A stretch of DNA of 64,000 nucleotides. Origin: Alkalispirochaeta sp. (GTDB lineage: Bacteria > Spirochaetota > Spirochaetia > DSM-27196 > Alkalispirochaetaceae). The notes under the pieces were generated by a model. The model worked only from the letters and a program-made list of their open reading frames with translations. It did no database searches and was not told the DNA's origin. The stretch is from positions 4,960,001 through 5,024,000 of the forward strand of contig OZ271854.1 of the NCBI GenBank assembly GCA_965601925.1, given 5' to 3'. Numbering within the stretch: the first letter of the stretch is position 1; every line of letters begins with the position of its first letter. Below, piece by piece: positions 37,871 through 47,668 of the stretch. Made by a program: the position numbers and the translations under genes.

Positions 37871-39481
37871 GTGATCGGAGTTGACGCACTGTACAAGATG
37901 ATCCTCGTCGACGACGAGGACGAGGTTCGCGGACGGATTTCGTCGCGAATCTCGGAGGAGACCGGCTTTGCCGTGGTGGGGACGGCGGGCAACGGCTACG
38001 ACGCTTTGGAGCTGATCGAGGAGCATACACCTCACGTGGTATTAACCGATATCAAGATGCCCTACATCGACGGCATCGAGTTGGCCTCGATCATCCGTCG
38101 CGATTATCCGACGACCAAGATCGCGTTCATCACCGGCTTTAACGAGTTCGACTACGCGCGGGAGGCGATAAAACTCCGTGTCCAGGCGTATCTCACGAAA
38201 CCGCTCACGGAGGGCGCGATTCGCACCTTCTTAGGTGAACTCAGACGGGAGCTCGACGACGAGCTCGAGCAGAACTTCGGTCCCGCAATCGTCCAGCGAC
38301 AGTATGCCGAGAGCGTTCCCCTCCTGATCGAGAACAGCCTTACCTCGGTACTCCTATCGCGAACGAGCTCGATCACCGTTGAGGTCGATCAGTTGACGCG
38401 CTACGGCGTCGATCTGGAGTCGGTGCGGTACGTCTTCTGCTACGTCGCCGTCGAGCGCAACGCCGAACACTGGGACGTCATCGAGTTTGAGAAGCTCAAA
38501 ATGTCGGTACGGGGCAACGTCGAGAAGGCGCTGGCCAACGAGGAGTTCGCCTTTCACAGCTTCTTCTTCAACGAGGGGATAGCCCTGATCGTCAAGGAGC
38601 GCGGCACCTTGTTCGTCCAGGAGCTCGACATGGTACTCAACCGCGTCGTGCGGACCATAGAACGCTTCCAGGGGGTACGCATCGGGATCGGCGTCAGCAC
38701 GACGCACGTATCGCTGTGCGAGCTGCGCCTTGCGTACAACGAGGCGGCCCGCGCATACGAGGCGGGGCGTCTGCGGAGCATCGGGAGTCTGACCTACTCG
38801 GAGTACGTGCCCGATACACCGCGCGACTACGCAGTGCTCGAGGAGACGGAGGCGACTCACTTGGAGCGCGCCCTCCGATACGAGCCGGTCGACCGCTCGC
38901 GGGAGGTACTACGGGAGATCCGCGAGCGCGTCTCGGGTACCGACGGTGTCGAGCGCGACGCCCGGCTGGTCATGCTGGGTATCACCGACCTCTTGGTGCG
39001 CTACGCGGCGATCGTCGACGCCGACCTCACCGCCTTGGCCGGGGCCGACCTCATCGAGTCCGTCGCGCGGATGCAGAGCTTTGACGAGTTCGTCGGCTGG
39101 GCGGAACGTCTCATCGACGACTTGTACTCCTACGGTCGCCAGAGCAAAATGGACAATGCGGAGAAGCTCCTGAGTCAGGCAATCGAGTACATGGAACATC
39201 ACTTTGCGGACAAGGATCTGACGATGCAGTCGGTGTGCGGGGCGAAGGGCATCAGCATCTCGTACCTGGGACAACTATTCAAGCGGTATCGGGGCACGAC
39301 GTTTGTGAAGTATCTGACGTCGTTGCGAATGGAGCGCGCCAAGGAGCGACTCAGGCTCTCCGGAAGTCGTATCACCGAAGTTGCCGAAGCGTGCGGATAT
39401 CGCGACGTCTACTATTTCAGCCACTGCTTTCGCAAGTACGCCGGCGTTCCGCCGAAGAGGTATCGTGAACAGCAATCCTGA
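37871..39481 (+). CDS. YesN-like response regulator (REC plus AraC HTH)
   Basis: LVDDE, LTDIKMPYIDG, YLTKP; C-terminal ITEVAEACGY..YFSHCFRKYAGVPP; start GTG 37871 or ATG 37898. Confidence 0.92.
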   Translation: MIGVDALYKMILVDDEDEVRGRISSRISEETGFAVVGTAGNGYDALELIEEHTPHVVLTDIKMPYIDGIELASIIRRDYPTTKIAFITGFNEFDYAREAIKLRVQAYLTKPLTEGAIRTFLGELRRELDDELEQNFGPAIVQRQYAESVPLLIENSLTSVLLSRTSSITVEVDQLTRYGVDLESVRYVFCYVAVERNAEHWDVIEFEKLKMSVRGNVEKALANEEFAFHSFFFNEGIALIVKERGTLFVQELDMVLNRVVRTIERFQGVRIGIGVSTTHVSLCELRLAYNEAARAYEAGRLRSIGSLTYSEYVPDTPRDYAVLEETEATHLERALRYEPVDRSREVLREIRERVSGTDGVERDARLVMLGITDLLVRYAAIVDADLTALAGADLIESVARMQSFDEFVGWAERLIDDLYSYGRQSKMDNAEKLLSQAIEYMEHHFADKDLTMQSVCGAKGISISYLGQLFKRYRGTTFVKYLTSLRMERAKERLRLSGSRITEVAEACGYRDVYYFSHCFRKYAGVPPKRYREQQS

Positions 39482-39488
39482 ATCGGGA

Positions 39489-41201
39489 ATGTCCATCCGT
39501 CAGAAGGTCTTTTTCTCGACTCTGAGTCTGGTCATTGTGGCGGTCGTCCTGACGAGCGCCGTCTACCTCCTCTTCTTTTCACGCGTCTCGCGCAACCTGA
39601 TCGAAGTTCAGTCGAAGGAAATCAACAAACAGATCGTGCTCAACTACGAGCGCTACATCTCGAGCGTTATTGAGATCGCCGACTACCTCCAACTGGCGGT
39701 CAGCACAATGGACGTTGAGGAACGCGCCGACGATCTCGACGACGCCTTCCTTGTTAACAATGAGATCACAGACGATGTCGTCTCGATTTTTCTCTTTGAT
39801 CGCCAGGGGCGCCGCTTGGTCGGCGATCGTATCCGTCCGATTCCCGATGCACCGGTGAGCGGCGCGCGTTGGTTCGTAGCGGCACGGGACCGCCCCGAGA
39901 TCTATCATTTTTTCGTCGGCCGGAGTTCAAACATCGAGGTGGATCGAAATGAAAATGTGATCACCGTCGCCCGGCACGTTAGCTATCTTCGCGACGGCCG
40001 GCAGCGGCCCGGCGTGTTGCTCATGGAGCTCAATACTCAAGCGATCATCGCGTTGGCGGAGCGCACCAACTTGGGCGCGGCCGGCCATATCCTGATCATC
40101 GATGAACGCGACGAGCTGGTGTACGCATCGGCGACGGGCGTCTACGCGGAGGCGAGCTTCGACATCGCGGCGCGCACCTATCTGGGCGGCTCTGCCGAGC
40201 GCGTACACGATCTGGACATGTACGTGCATGCCAACACACTCATACATACCCGCTGGCGCATTGTAACGGTCAGCAATATCGATCCGGTCAACGCGGCCAT
40301 CCGACAAGTGCTCTATCTGATCCTCGTCATAGGCGCAATCTCGGTAGCGCTCACCGCCCTCGTCGCCGGCCTCATATCGGTGCGGATATCACGGCCCGTG
40401 GATCAACTCAAAGACATCATGGCGCGGATCGAGGCGGGCGATTTTCACACTACCATCGCGGTACGAGGGCAGAAGGAGATCGTCAAGCTGTCGCGGTCCT
40501 TCAACCAAATGGTCATGAAGGTGCGTGAGCTCATGGACCGTTTGGTCGCCGAGCAGCGGGACAAACGGAAGACCGAACTACGGGCGCTCCAGAATCAGAT
40601 CAATCCGCATTTTCTCTACAACACGCTCGACTCAATCGTGTGGTTGGCGGAGCACCAACGTACCGAGGACGTCGTGACGACCGTCGTCGCCCTCGCTAAG
40701 TTTTTTCGTATCGGCATCTCAAAGGGCGAGACCTTTATCTCCGTTCGACAAGAAGTCGAGCACATAGAGAACTACCTCACGATTCAAAAAATCCGCTATG
40801 TAGAGAAGTTCGAATATACCCTCGACATCGCCGAAGAGATAGCGGACCGTCTCGTCATGAAGCTCATCCTGCAGCCGATCGTCGAGAACGCCATCTACCA
40901 CGGCATGGGCGACGAGAAAGGATGGATCTCGATCGACGGCCGGCCGGAGGGAGACCACGTCGTCTTTGAAGTCCGTAACGGCGGCTACGGCCTGACGGAG
41001 GCGCAAATCTCCCATATTCGATCGGCAATGACGGGAAGCAACAACGGCGCGGGGGTCGGGCTGCGCAATGTGTACCAGCGACTCAAACTCTACTACGGCG
41101 AAGACGCCGACGTGGAGATTGAAAGCGTCGCGGACGAGAGTACCTGCGTGCGACTGATCATCCCGGCCAACCGTTCGTCCGTGACGGGACGGAGCGCGTA
41201 G
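39489..41201 (+). CDS. YesM/LytS-like sensor histidine kinase
   Basis: 2 TM, HAMP, ELRALQNQINPHFLYNTL, LQPIVENAIYHG, GVGLRNV. Confidence 0.93.
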   Translation: MSIRQKVFFSTLSLVIVAVVLTSAVYLLFFSRVSRNLIEVQSKEINKQIVLNYERYISSVIEIADYLQLAVSTMDVEERADDLDDAFLVNNEITDDVVSIFLFDRQGRRLVGDRIRPIPDAPVSGARWFVAARDRPEIYHFFVGRSSNIEVDRNENVITVARHVSYLRDGRQRPGVLLMELNTQAIIALAERTNLGAAGHILIIDERDELVYASATGVYAEASFDIAARTYLGGSAERVHDLDMYVHANTLIHTRWRIVTVSNIDPVNAAIRQVLYLILVIGAISVALTALVAGLISVRISRPVDQLKDIMARIEAGDFHTTIAVRGQKEIVKLSRSFNQMVMKVRELMDRLVAEQRDKRKTELRALQNQINPHFLYNTLDSIVWLAEHQRTEDVVTTVVALAKFFRIGISKGETFISVRQEVEHIENYLTIQKIRYVEKFEYTLDIAEEIADRLVMKLILQPIVENAIYHGMGDEKGWISIDGRPEGDHVVFEVRNGGYGLTEAQISHIRSAMTGSNNGAGVGLRNVYQRLKLYYGEDADVEIESVADESTCVRLIIPANRSSVTGRSA

Positions 41202-42218
41202 ATGCGTTCACTCACCGTACTCGCACTCGCGGCGACGGTACTCACCGTCACGGGATGCGGCGAGGAGGTCCATCGCGTCGCACTGTTTTATTACAATGGT
41301 GAGGATCCGTACATCGCCTCTTTCGTCACCCAGATAGAGGAGGTGGCGACGGGGCGATTTCGTCTCGAGGGCTACGACGCGCTAAACTCACAGATCCTTC
41401 AAAACGAGCAGATCGATACGGTACTACGCGAAGAGCCGGACCTCATCGTCGTCAATCCCGTCGACCGGCTCGGTGCATACGCCGTCATTAACCGCCTTCG
41501 CGAGCACGACATTCCGGTCATCTTCTTCAACCGGGAGCCCCTTGCGCGCGACTTGGACTTGTGGGATCGCGCGTACTACGTCGGAGCGGAGGCCGCGCAG
41601 TCGGCACACCTACAGGCCAAATTGGTGATGGAACTGTTCGGCAACGATCCGACGGCGTTGAATAAACACGATCGGAACGGCGACGGACGCGTCCAGACGA
41701 TCATCTTAAAGGGGGAACAGGGCCATCAGGACGCCGAGATCAGGACGAGCGAAGTCCTACGCAGCTTTGAGGAGCGCGGGTTCGATCTCGAAGTGTTGAC
41801 GGTACACGTCGCCGACTGGGACCGAACCGAGGCGTACGACGCGATGCGAGATCTCCTACGGGACTACGGCGCGGCGTTGGAGTTGGTGATTTCCAACAAC
41901 GACGCCATGGCACTCGGCGCAATCAGCCGCATGCGTCAGGACGGCTACTTTGCCGACGATAACGGGAACGGTCGTATCGATTCGGACGACGAGCGATGGC
42001 TGCCGGTCGTCGGTATCGACGGGATCGAAGGGGCGGTCGAGCAGATCGAGGCGGGGTACCTCTACGGTACCGTCGTCAACGACTCGCAGCGCATGGCCGA
42101 GGCGATCGCCGAGCTTTCGGAAGTAATCATCGCCGGTCGGGAGACGGCCGATATGTCGGTGCCGCTGACCGACGGAACCTACGTGTGGGTGGATTACCGC
42201 CCCTTTGTCTTCGAATAG
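41202..42218 (+). CDS. MglB-like galactose/glucose-binding lipoprotein (probably sensor-associated)
   Basis: Lipobox LTVTGC; FFNRE, DRNGDGRVQ, LKGEQGHQDA, NNDAMALGA; abuts the kinase stop codon. Confidence 0.85.
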   Translation: MRSLTVLALAATVLTVTGCGEEVHRVALFYYNGEDPYIASFVTQIEEVATGRFRLEGYDALNSQILQNEQIDTVLREEPDLIVVNPVDRLGAYAVINRLREHDIPVIFFNREPLARDLDLWDRAYYVGAEAAQSAHLQAKLVMELFGNDPTALNKHDRNGDGRVQTIILKGEQGHQDAEIRTSEVLRSFEERGFDLEVLTVHVADWDRTEAYDAMRDLLRDYGAALELVISNNDAMALGAISRMRQDGYFADDNGNGRIDSDDERWLPVVGIDGIEGAVEQIEAGYLYGTVVNDSQRMAEAIAELSEVIIAGRETADMSVPLTDGTYVWVDYRPFVFE

Positions 42219-42228
42219 GGTGTAGTGT

Positions 42229-42291
42229 TGCGAAATATTGCAACGATTGTGCCGGATATTCCATTGAGACCTACCGGAGCGATGCTACCAT
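42229..42291 (+). promoter_or_regulatory. mglB promoter with 21-bp-period direct repeats
   Basis: TGCnnnATATT(G/C)CA twice at 21-bp spacing, ending at TTGAGA (42264), then 16 bp to TACCAT with extended TG. Confidence 0.55.
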
Positions 42292-42325
42292 TTCGTACCA
42301 ACACATTCACGAAAAGGAGTAATCT

Positions 42326-43348
42326 ATGACGAAGCGAATCGTATTATTCGCGCTTGCAGCGCTTGTGGCGCTCCCGATGGCGTTTGCAGCGGGCCAGGGC
42401 GAGGGCGGTGACGACACGATCGTAGTCGGAGCAAACATCTACAGCTTTGCCGACAACTTCATGAACGGCGTTATGCGCCCGGAGCTCGAGCGCTACGCCG
42501 AGGAGCGCGGTGTCGAGATCGAGATCGTCGACTCGGAGAACCAGCAGGGCCGCTTGAACGACCAGGTGGACGTCTTCATTACCCGCGGCGTCGACGTCTT
42601 GGCGATCAACTTGGTCGATCCTGCATCGGCACGTACGATCATCGAGAAGGCGCAGCGAGCTGAGATCCCGTTGGTGCTCTTCAACAAAGAGGCCACCGAG
42701 GCCGGCGTGATGCAAATCTACGACGAGGTCTGGTACGTGGGGACCAACTCCGCCGAATCGGGCATTATCCAGGGCGAGATGATGGTCGCCGACTGGCAGG
42801 CCAACCCCGAATGGGACCGCAACGGCGACGGCGTGGTTCAGTACGTGATGCTCAAGGGCGAGCCGGGCCACCCCGACGCCGAAGCGCGCACCGAGTACTC
42901 GGTTCGGGCCTTTGCCGACGCCGGCATTCCCACCGAAGAGCTCGCCCTCGAGGCGGACCCCAATTGGTCGACTCAGCACGGTGCCGACCGCATGGCGGCG
43001 TGGTTGACCGCGAGCTTCGGCAGCGACATCGAGCTGGTTATCGCCAACAACGACGGCATGGCGTTCGGCGCGATCACCTCGATGCAAAGCGCCGGTGTAG
43101 AGCTTCCGATCTACGGTGTCGACGCCCTTGATCAGGCGCTGACCCATATCGCCGACGGCGAGATGAACGGCACGGTCCTGAACGACGGTGTCAACCAGTC
43201 TCGCGCCACCCTGGACCTTGCGATTAACGCCGCGATGGGTAACGAGGTAACCTCCGGCACCGACTGGATCCTTCAAACCGACGGTAGCAAGGCGGTCCGC
43301 GTACCGTACGTCGCCGTTACCCCCGAAAACTTTCAGGATTTCCGTTAA
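42326..43348 (+). CDS. mglB: Galactose/methyl-galactoside ABC binding protein
   Basis: YSFADNFM, LAINLVDP, WDRNGDGVVQYVMLKGEPGHPDA, NNDGMA, GTVLND. Confidence 0.92.
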   Translation: MTKRIVLFALAALVALPMAFAAGQGEGGDDTIVVGANIYSFADNFMNGVMRPELERYAEERGVEIEIVDSENQQGRLNDQVDVFITRGVDVLAINLVDPASARTIIEKAQRAEIPLVLFNKEATEAGVMQIYDEVWYVGTNSAESGIIQGEMMVADWQANPEWDRNGDGVVQYVMLKGEPGHPDAEARTEYSVRAFADAGIPTEELALEADPNWSTQHGADRMAAWLTASFGSDIELVIANNDGMAFGAITSMQSAGVELPIYGVDALDQALTHIADGEMNGTVLNDGVNQSRATLDLAINAAMGNEVTSGTDWILQTDGSKAVRVPYVAVTPENFQDFR

Positions 43349-43371
43349 TCTGATACCGTTTTCGACATTCG

Positions 43372-43407
43372 TCCGGTCATACCGTGAAACGACACGGTAT
43401 GACCGGA
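43372..43407. other. Perfect 15-bp hairpin between mglB and mglA (mRNA stabiliser or attenuator)
   Basis: TCCGGTCATACCGTG-AAACGA-CACGGTATGACCGGA; a second GC hairpin follows at about 43421-43443. Confidence 0.7.
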
Positions 43408-43507
43408 TACGTATGTTTCCGCCGAGCCCGGTAGGGGCTCGGCCTGCGACGGCGATCCCCGACGGGCCTCCGCTCGCATTTCGACTCATTCCGAAAGAGG
43501 TAGTTTC

Positions 43508-45028
43508 GTGCAGGATGTGCTCTTAAGAATCGAGGGCGTAAACAAGTCGTTTTCCGGCGTACGCGTGCTCAAAGATGTCCATCTGGAAGTACGCCCGGGG
43601 ACGGTTCACGCGTTGATGGGCGAGAACGGTGCCGGCAAGTCGACCTTGATGAAGTGCCTGTTCGGTATCTACCGCCAAGACAGCGGCCGCTTTTTTCTGG
43701 AAGGCGTCGAATTCAATTTCGAGGATCCCAAACACGCCCTCGAAAACGGCGTTTCGATGGTGCATCAAGAGCTCAACCAGGTGATCCAACGGAGCATATC
43801 CGACAACATCTGGCTCGGCCGCTATCCGGTCGCCGGACTCTTCGTCGACGAGAAGGCGATGTACAACCGCACGAAGGAGCTGTTCGAGCGAATCAACATT
43901 CACTTGGACCCACGCACCTTGTTGAGCAAGCTCTCGGTCTCGCAACGACAGATGGTCGAGATCGCCAAGGCGATATCCTACGACGCAAAGGTGATCGTGT
44001 TGGACGAGCCGACCTCCTCGCTGACCGAAAACGAGACGGAGCTCTTGTTCAAGATCATCGAGACGCTCAAAGGACACGGCGTCAGCGTCATCTACATCTC
44101 CCATAAGATGGATGAGATCTTTCGGATCTCCGACGAGGTTACGGTGCTGCGCGACGGTAACTACATCGGTACCGAGCGCATCGACGACCTCACGATGGAA
44201 CGGCTGGTCGAGATGATGGTCGGTCGCGAGTTGGAAGAGCGCTTCCCGCCCAAAACGAACGTTCCCGGCGAGGTGCACTTCGAGGTACGCGGCCTTTCGA
44301 CGCGCTACGATCCGATCGTACGCGATATCGACTTTACCGTTCGGCGCGGCGAGATTTTGGGTGTGGCGGGGCTTGTCGGCGCCGGTCGCACCGAAATGGC
44401 CGAGGCGCTGTTCGGCGTTCGCACGCGGCAAAGCGGCGAGTTCTTCATCGACGGGAAGCCGGTCACGATCGACTCTCCCATCGAAGCAAAGAACCACGGC
44501 ATGGCGTTTTTGACCGAGGAGCGTCGCCGTACCGGAATCTACCCCGTCGCGGATATCACCTTTAACTCGACGATTGCAAATATCAGAGCGTACACCAATC
44601 GAGCGGGATGGCTGGTACAACGGGGCATGGAACGGGACACCGACACACAGATCGAGAAGATGCGGATCAAGACGCCCCACAAACGTGAGCGCATCCGCTC
44701 ACTGTCCGGAGGCAACCAACAGAAGGTGATTATCGGACGCTGGTTATTGACCGACCCCGATATTCTGCTCCTCGACGAGCCGACGCGGGGTATCGACGTC
44801 GGAGCCAAGTTTGAAATCTACCAGCTGATCATCGATCTGGCGAAACAGGGCAACTCGGTGATTATGATCTCCTCCGAGATGCCCGAGCTCTTGGGGATCA
44901 CGAACCGCATTTTGGTCATGAGCAACCGGCGCATCGCGGGGATCGTAAATACCGATGAGACCAACCAGACCGAGGTGTTCCACCTGGCAACCAAGTATCT
45001 CAATAACTCAAAAGAGGCCGAAGTATGA
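43508..45028 (+). CDS. mglA: Galactoside ABC transporter ATP-binding protein
   Basis: GENGAGKSTLMKCLFG, LDEPTSSL, LSGGNQQKV, LDEPTRGIDVGAK. Confidence 0.93.
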   Translation: MQDVLLRIEGVNKSFSGVRVLKDVHLEVRPGTVHALMGENGAGKSTLMKCLFGIYRQDSGRFFLEGVEFNFEDPKHALENGVSMVHQELNQVIQRSISDNIWLGRYPVAGLFVDEKAMYNRTKELFERINIHLDPRTLLSKLSVSQRQMVEIAKAISYDAKVIVLDEPTSSLTENETELLFKIIETLKGHGVSVIYISHKMDEIFRISDEVTVLRDGNYIGTERIDDLTMERLVEMMVGRELEERFPPKTNVPGEVHFEVRGLSTRYDPIVRDIDFTVRRGEILGVAGLVGAGRTEMAEALFGVRTRQSGEFFIDGKPVTIDSPIEAKNHGMAFLTEERRRTGIYPVADITFNSTIANIRAYTNRAGWLVQRGMERDTDTQIEKMRIKTPHKRERIRSLSGGNQQKVIIGRWLLTDPDILLLDEPTRGIDVGAKFEIYQLIIDLAKQGNSVIMISSEMPELLGITNRILVMSNRRIAGIVNTDETNQTEVFHLATKYLNNSKEAEV

Positions 45029-46062
45029 GTAGCATTGACAAGGGACGTTCGTCCGGTCTGGTGCCCGCGACGGCGCGGCAGTGGAAGGACCTACTGATCA
45101 ACAACGCGATCTATATCGCTATCTTCGCGATGATCGTCTTGATCATCGTTATCGATCCGAGCTTCGTATCGTGGGCGGTACTGGAGAACATTCTCATCCA
45201 GAGCTCCGTACGGCTCATTCTCGCGTTCGGCGTGGCCGGCATTATCATTCTCCAGGGCACCGACCTCTCGTTGGGACGCCTCGTCGGTTTAGCAGCGCTG
45301 GTCGCCGCGTCGATGCTGCAGCGCCCCGATTACCTGGCGCGCTTCTATCCGCAGCTTCCGCAGCTCCCGTTGATCGTGCCGCTGTTGGTCGCAATCGTGG
45401 TGGTCTCGTTTTTCAGCGGCATCAACGGTTGGGTCGTCGCGCAGTTCAAGATCCACCCGTTCTTGGCCACCCTCGGTATGATGATCACCGTCTACGGTGT
45501 AGCGTTGTTGTATTACGACACGGGAGCCGCGCCGTCGCAGCCGATCGGCGGACACGCTCGGCACTATACCGAGTTTGTAATCGGTACCACCTTGGGGATA
45601 CCGAATCTCGTCTGGTACGCGACGATCGTCAGTGCGGTAATCTGGATCTTATGGAACAAAACCACCTTCGGTAAGAATATGTACGCCGTCGGCGGCAACC
45701 CGGAGGCGGCCGAAGTATCGGGCGTCAGCGTCAAACGGACGATCATCATGGTGTACATTCTGGCCGGTGTTCTGTACGGGATCGGCGGCTTCCTCGAGGC
45801 GGCACGAATCGGCTCGGCCAACTCCAACACCGGATTTAGCTACGAGTTGGATGCGATCGCCGCGTGTGTCGTCGGCGGCATATCCTTCTCCGGCGGTATC
45901 GGCAGAGTATCGGGGGCGATCGCCGGTGTGTTGATGTTTACGATCATCAGCTACGGCATGACCTTCATCGGTTTGCAAACGGCGCTCCAATTGATCGCTC
46001 GCGGTATCATCATCGTGGCGGCGGTGGCGATCGACAACCAGAAGTACCTCAAAAAGACCTGA
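45025..46062 (+). CDS. mglC: Galactoside ABC transporter permease
   Basis: GTDLSLGR, HPFLATLG, FGKNMYAVGGNPEAA, YELDAIAACVVGG. Confidence 0.93.
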   Translation: MSSIDKGRSSGLVPATARQWKDLLINNAIYIAIFAMIVLIIVIDPSFVSWAVLENILIQSSVRLILAFGVAGIIILQGTDLSLGRLVGLAALVAASMLQRPDYLARFYPQLPQLPLIVPLLVAIVVVSFFSGINGWVVAQFKIHPFLATLGMMITVYGVALLYYDTGAAPSQPIGGHARHYTEFVIGTTLGIPNLVWYATIVSAVIWILWNKTTFGKNMYAVGGNPEAAEVSGVSVKRTIIMVYILAGVLYGIGGFLEAARIGSANSNTGFSYELDAIAACVVGGISFSGGIGRVSGAIAGVLMFTIISYGMTFIGLQTALQLIARGIIIVAAVAIDNQKYLKKT

Positions 46063-46224
46063 CCGCCGCGCATCGCGCCCCCCGTCGTGCCGCTCGGCGG
46101 GAGGCGTTGCGCAACGCCGGAAGGCGACCCCTTTTCTCTTCTATTGTCATTGGTATCGCCTACGTAGGACTTGTCCCTTAACGAGGACGGCTCTATCATG
46201 AAAACTCACGGAAGGGGGTACCGT

Positions 46225-46950
46225 ATGGCAACTCAATGGTCCAAGGTCCTTCGCAATTCGGCACTACTTTTGGCAACCGTTCTGTCGGTGGGTTGCCGGT
46301 CGACTGACGTGCGCGGTTCGGGACCGGCTTTCGAAGTCGCCCACGAGATAGACGATGTTCGGGAAGTTGTCGTGAACGACACCGGCGAGCTGCGCATCCG
46401 GAACGGTGCGCAACACCACCTGGTTGTCCTCGCGCAAGAAGAGATCCACCAGTACCTCACCATTCGTCAAATAGGTAATCGGCTCATCATTGAACCGGAA
46501 CGAGGATATCAGCTACGACCGTCGCGGGATCTACGCTATCTGCTCACCGCCGATGATGTATCGCGGATCGATGTTGCCGGCGCTGTCGATGTCGTAGCAC
46601 ACGAGTATCAAACCGAATCGTTGGCGATCGATACCAGCGGCTCCACCGATTTGGCCATGCAAGTCCGCGTCGGTAGTCTGACTGTTGCCACGTCGGGATC
46701 ATTCAGCGGCAACCTTGCGGGCGAAACTACTCACCTCACCCTGGATCTTAATGGGTCGGCCGACATGGACGCGTACGAGCTGACCGCACGCCGTGTCGAC
46801 GTCGACGTATCCGGCGCCGTTACCGCCTATATCACCGCAGTTGAGAGCCTGGACGTCTCGGCGAGCGGATCGAGCAACATAATCTATAAGGGGAATCCGC
46901 GCGTCAACCATTCTTCCGCCGGTGCAAGCAGGGTAAATCCCGCGGATTGA
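46225..46950 (+). CDS. DUF2807/GIN-domain (adhesin head-like) lipoprotein
   Basis: Lipobox LSVGC, repeated xxSGS beta-strand motifs, C-terminal IYKGNP. Confidence 0.8.
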   Translation: MATQWSKVLRNSALLLATVLSVGCRSTDVRGSGPAFEVAHEIDDVREVVVNDTGELRIRNGAQHHLVVLAQEEIHQYLTIRQIGNRLIIEPERGYQLRPSRDLRYLLTADDVSRIDVAGAVDVVAHEYQTESLAIDTSGSTDLAMQVRVGSLTVATSGSFSGNLAGETTHLTLDLNGSADMDAYELTARRVDVDVSGAVTAYITAVESLDVSASGSSNIIYKGNPRVNHSSAGASRVNPAD

Positions 46951-47006
46951 ATGACCATCGCCACGAGAAGCATACCTCACGATGCTCCGGCGGTGGCACT
47001 CCGCCG

Positions 47007-47606
47007 CTAAAAGAGGCCTCCGGCGCGAAGAACAAGCGCAATCTCAAGGCTGAGAAATGCGCCGTGCTGGGTAGATAATCCCATAACGGGTCGTAACGCG
47101 CCTTCCATCTGTATCGACGTCGCACTCGGAAAAATGATGCCGGCCGACAGGACGACGGCCACGACCCCCTCGACGGAGGAGCCGTCGTCGGGTGACTGCG
47201 GTGGATTATCCTCATCGAGCGGAAAAAACCAAACATTTGTCGCTAAGAGCGCCCCAATACCGGCGGCGACGGCTACTCGTCCACCGGTAGCCCAATACAG
47301 CCGCCCCTCCAGCCCCATGAGCGCCTCGGTCTCGGCGTCTCGCCACCACGGAAAAGCCAGGCCGATCTCAAATCCGTACCGCCCCCACGGATCGGTAACC
47401 ATCGAACCGAATCCAAGAGCGCCGACTCCCTGCATCGCCCCATACGAGAGAGAACTACCGACGTACAGATACTGAAGCGACTGCTCTTCGTACTCATTCG
47501 CCTCTCCGGAAACCGGCTGAACGAGCAATAGCGCAATCAGACCGACCCCCATACATACGCTGCACCACCGGCGCTTCCGGTCCGGAGAAGGTACGGACGG
47601 AACCAT
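47007..47606 (-). CDS. Hypothetical exported protein (possible small beta-barrel)
   Basis: Signal-like segment, Gly/aromatic-rich strands, C-terminal Phe; start uncertain. Confidence 0.5.
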   Translation of the reverse strand: MVPSVPSPDRKRRWCSVCMGVGLIALLLVQPVSGEANEYEEQSLQYLYVGSSLSYGAMQGVGALGFGSMVTDPWGRYGFEIGLAFPWWRDAETEALMGLEGRLYWATGGRVAVAAGIGALLATNVWFFPLDEDNPPQSPDDGSSVEGVVAVVLSAGIIFPSATSIQMEGALRPVMGLSTQHGAFLSLEIALVLRAGGLF

Positions 47607-47668
47607 TGCGATACGTCTGCGTATGCTTTCTCCTCGCGAGGCGTCGCGGTCGCCCATACCGGACGCTA

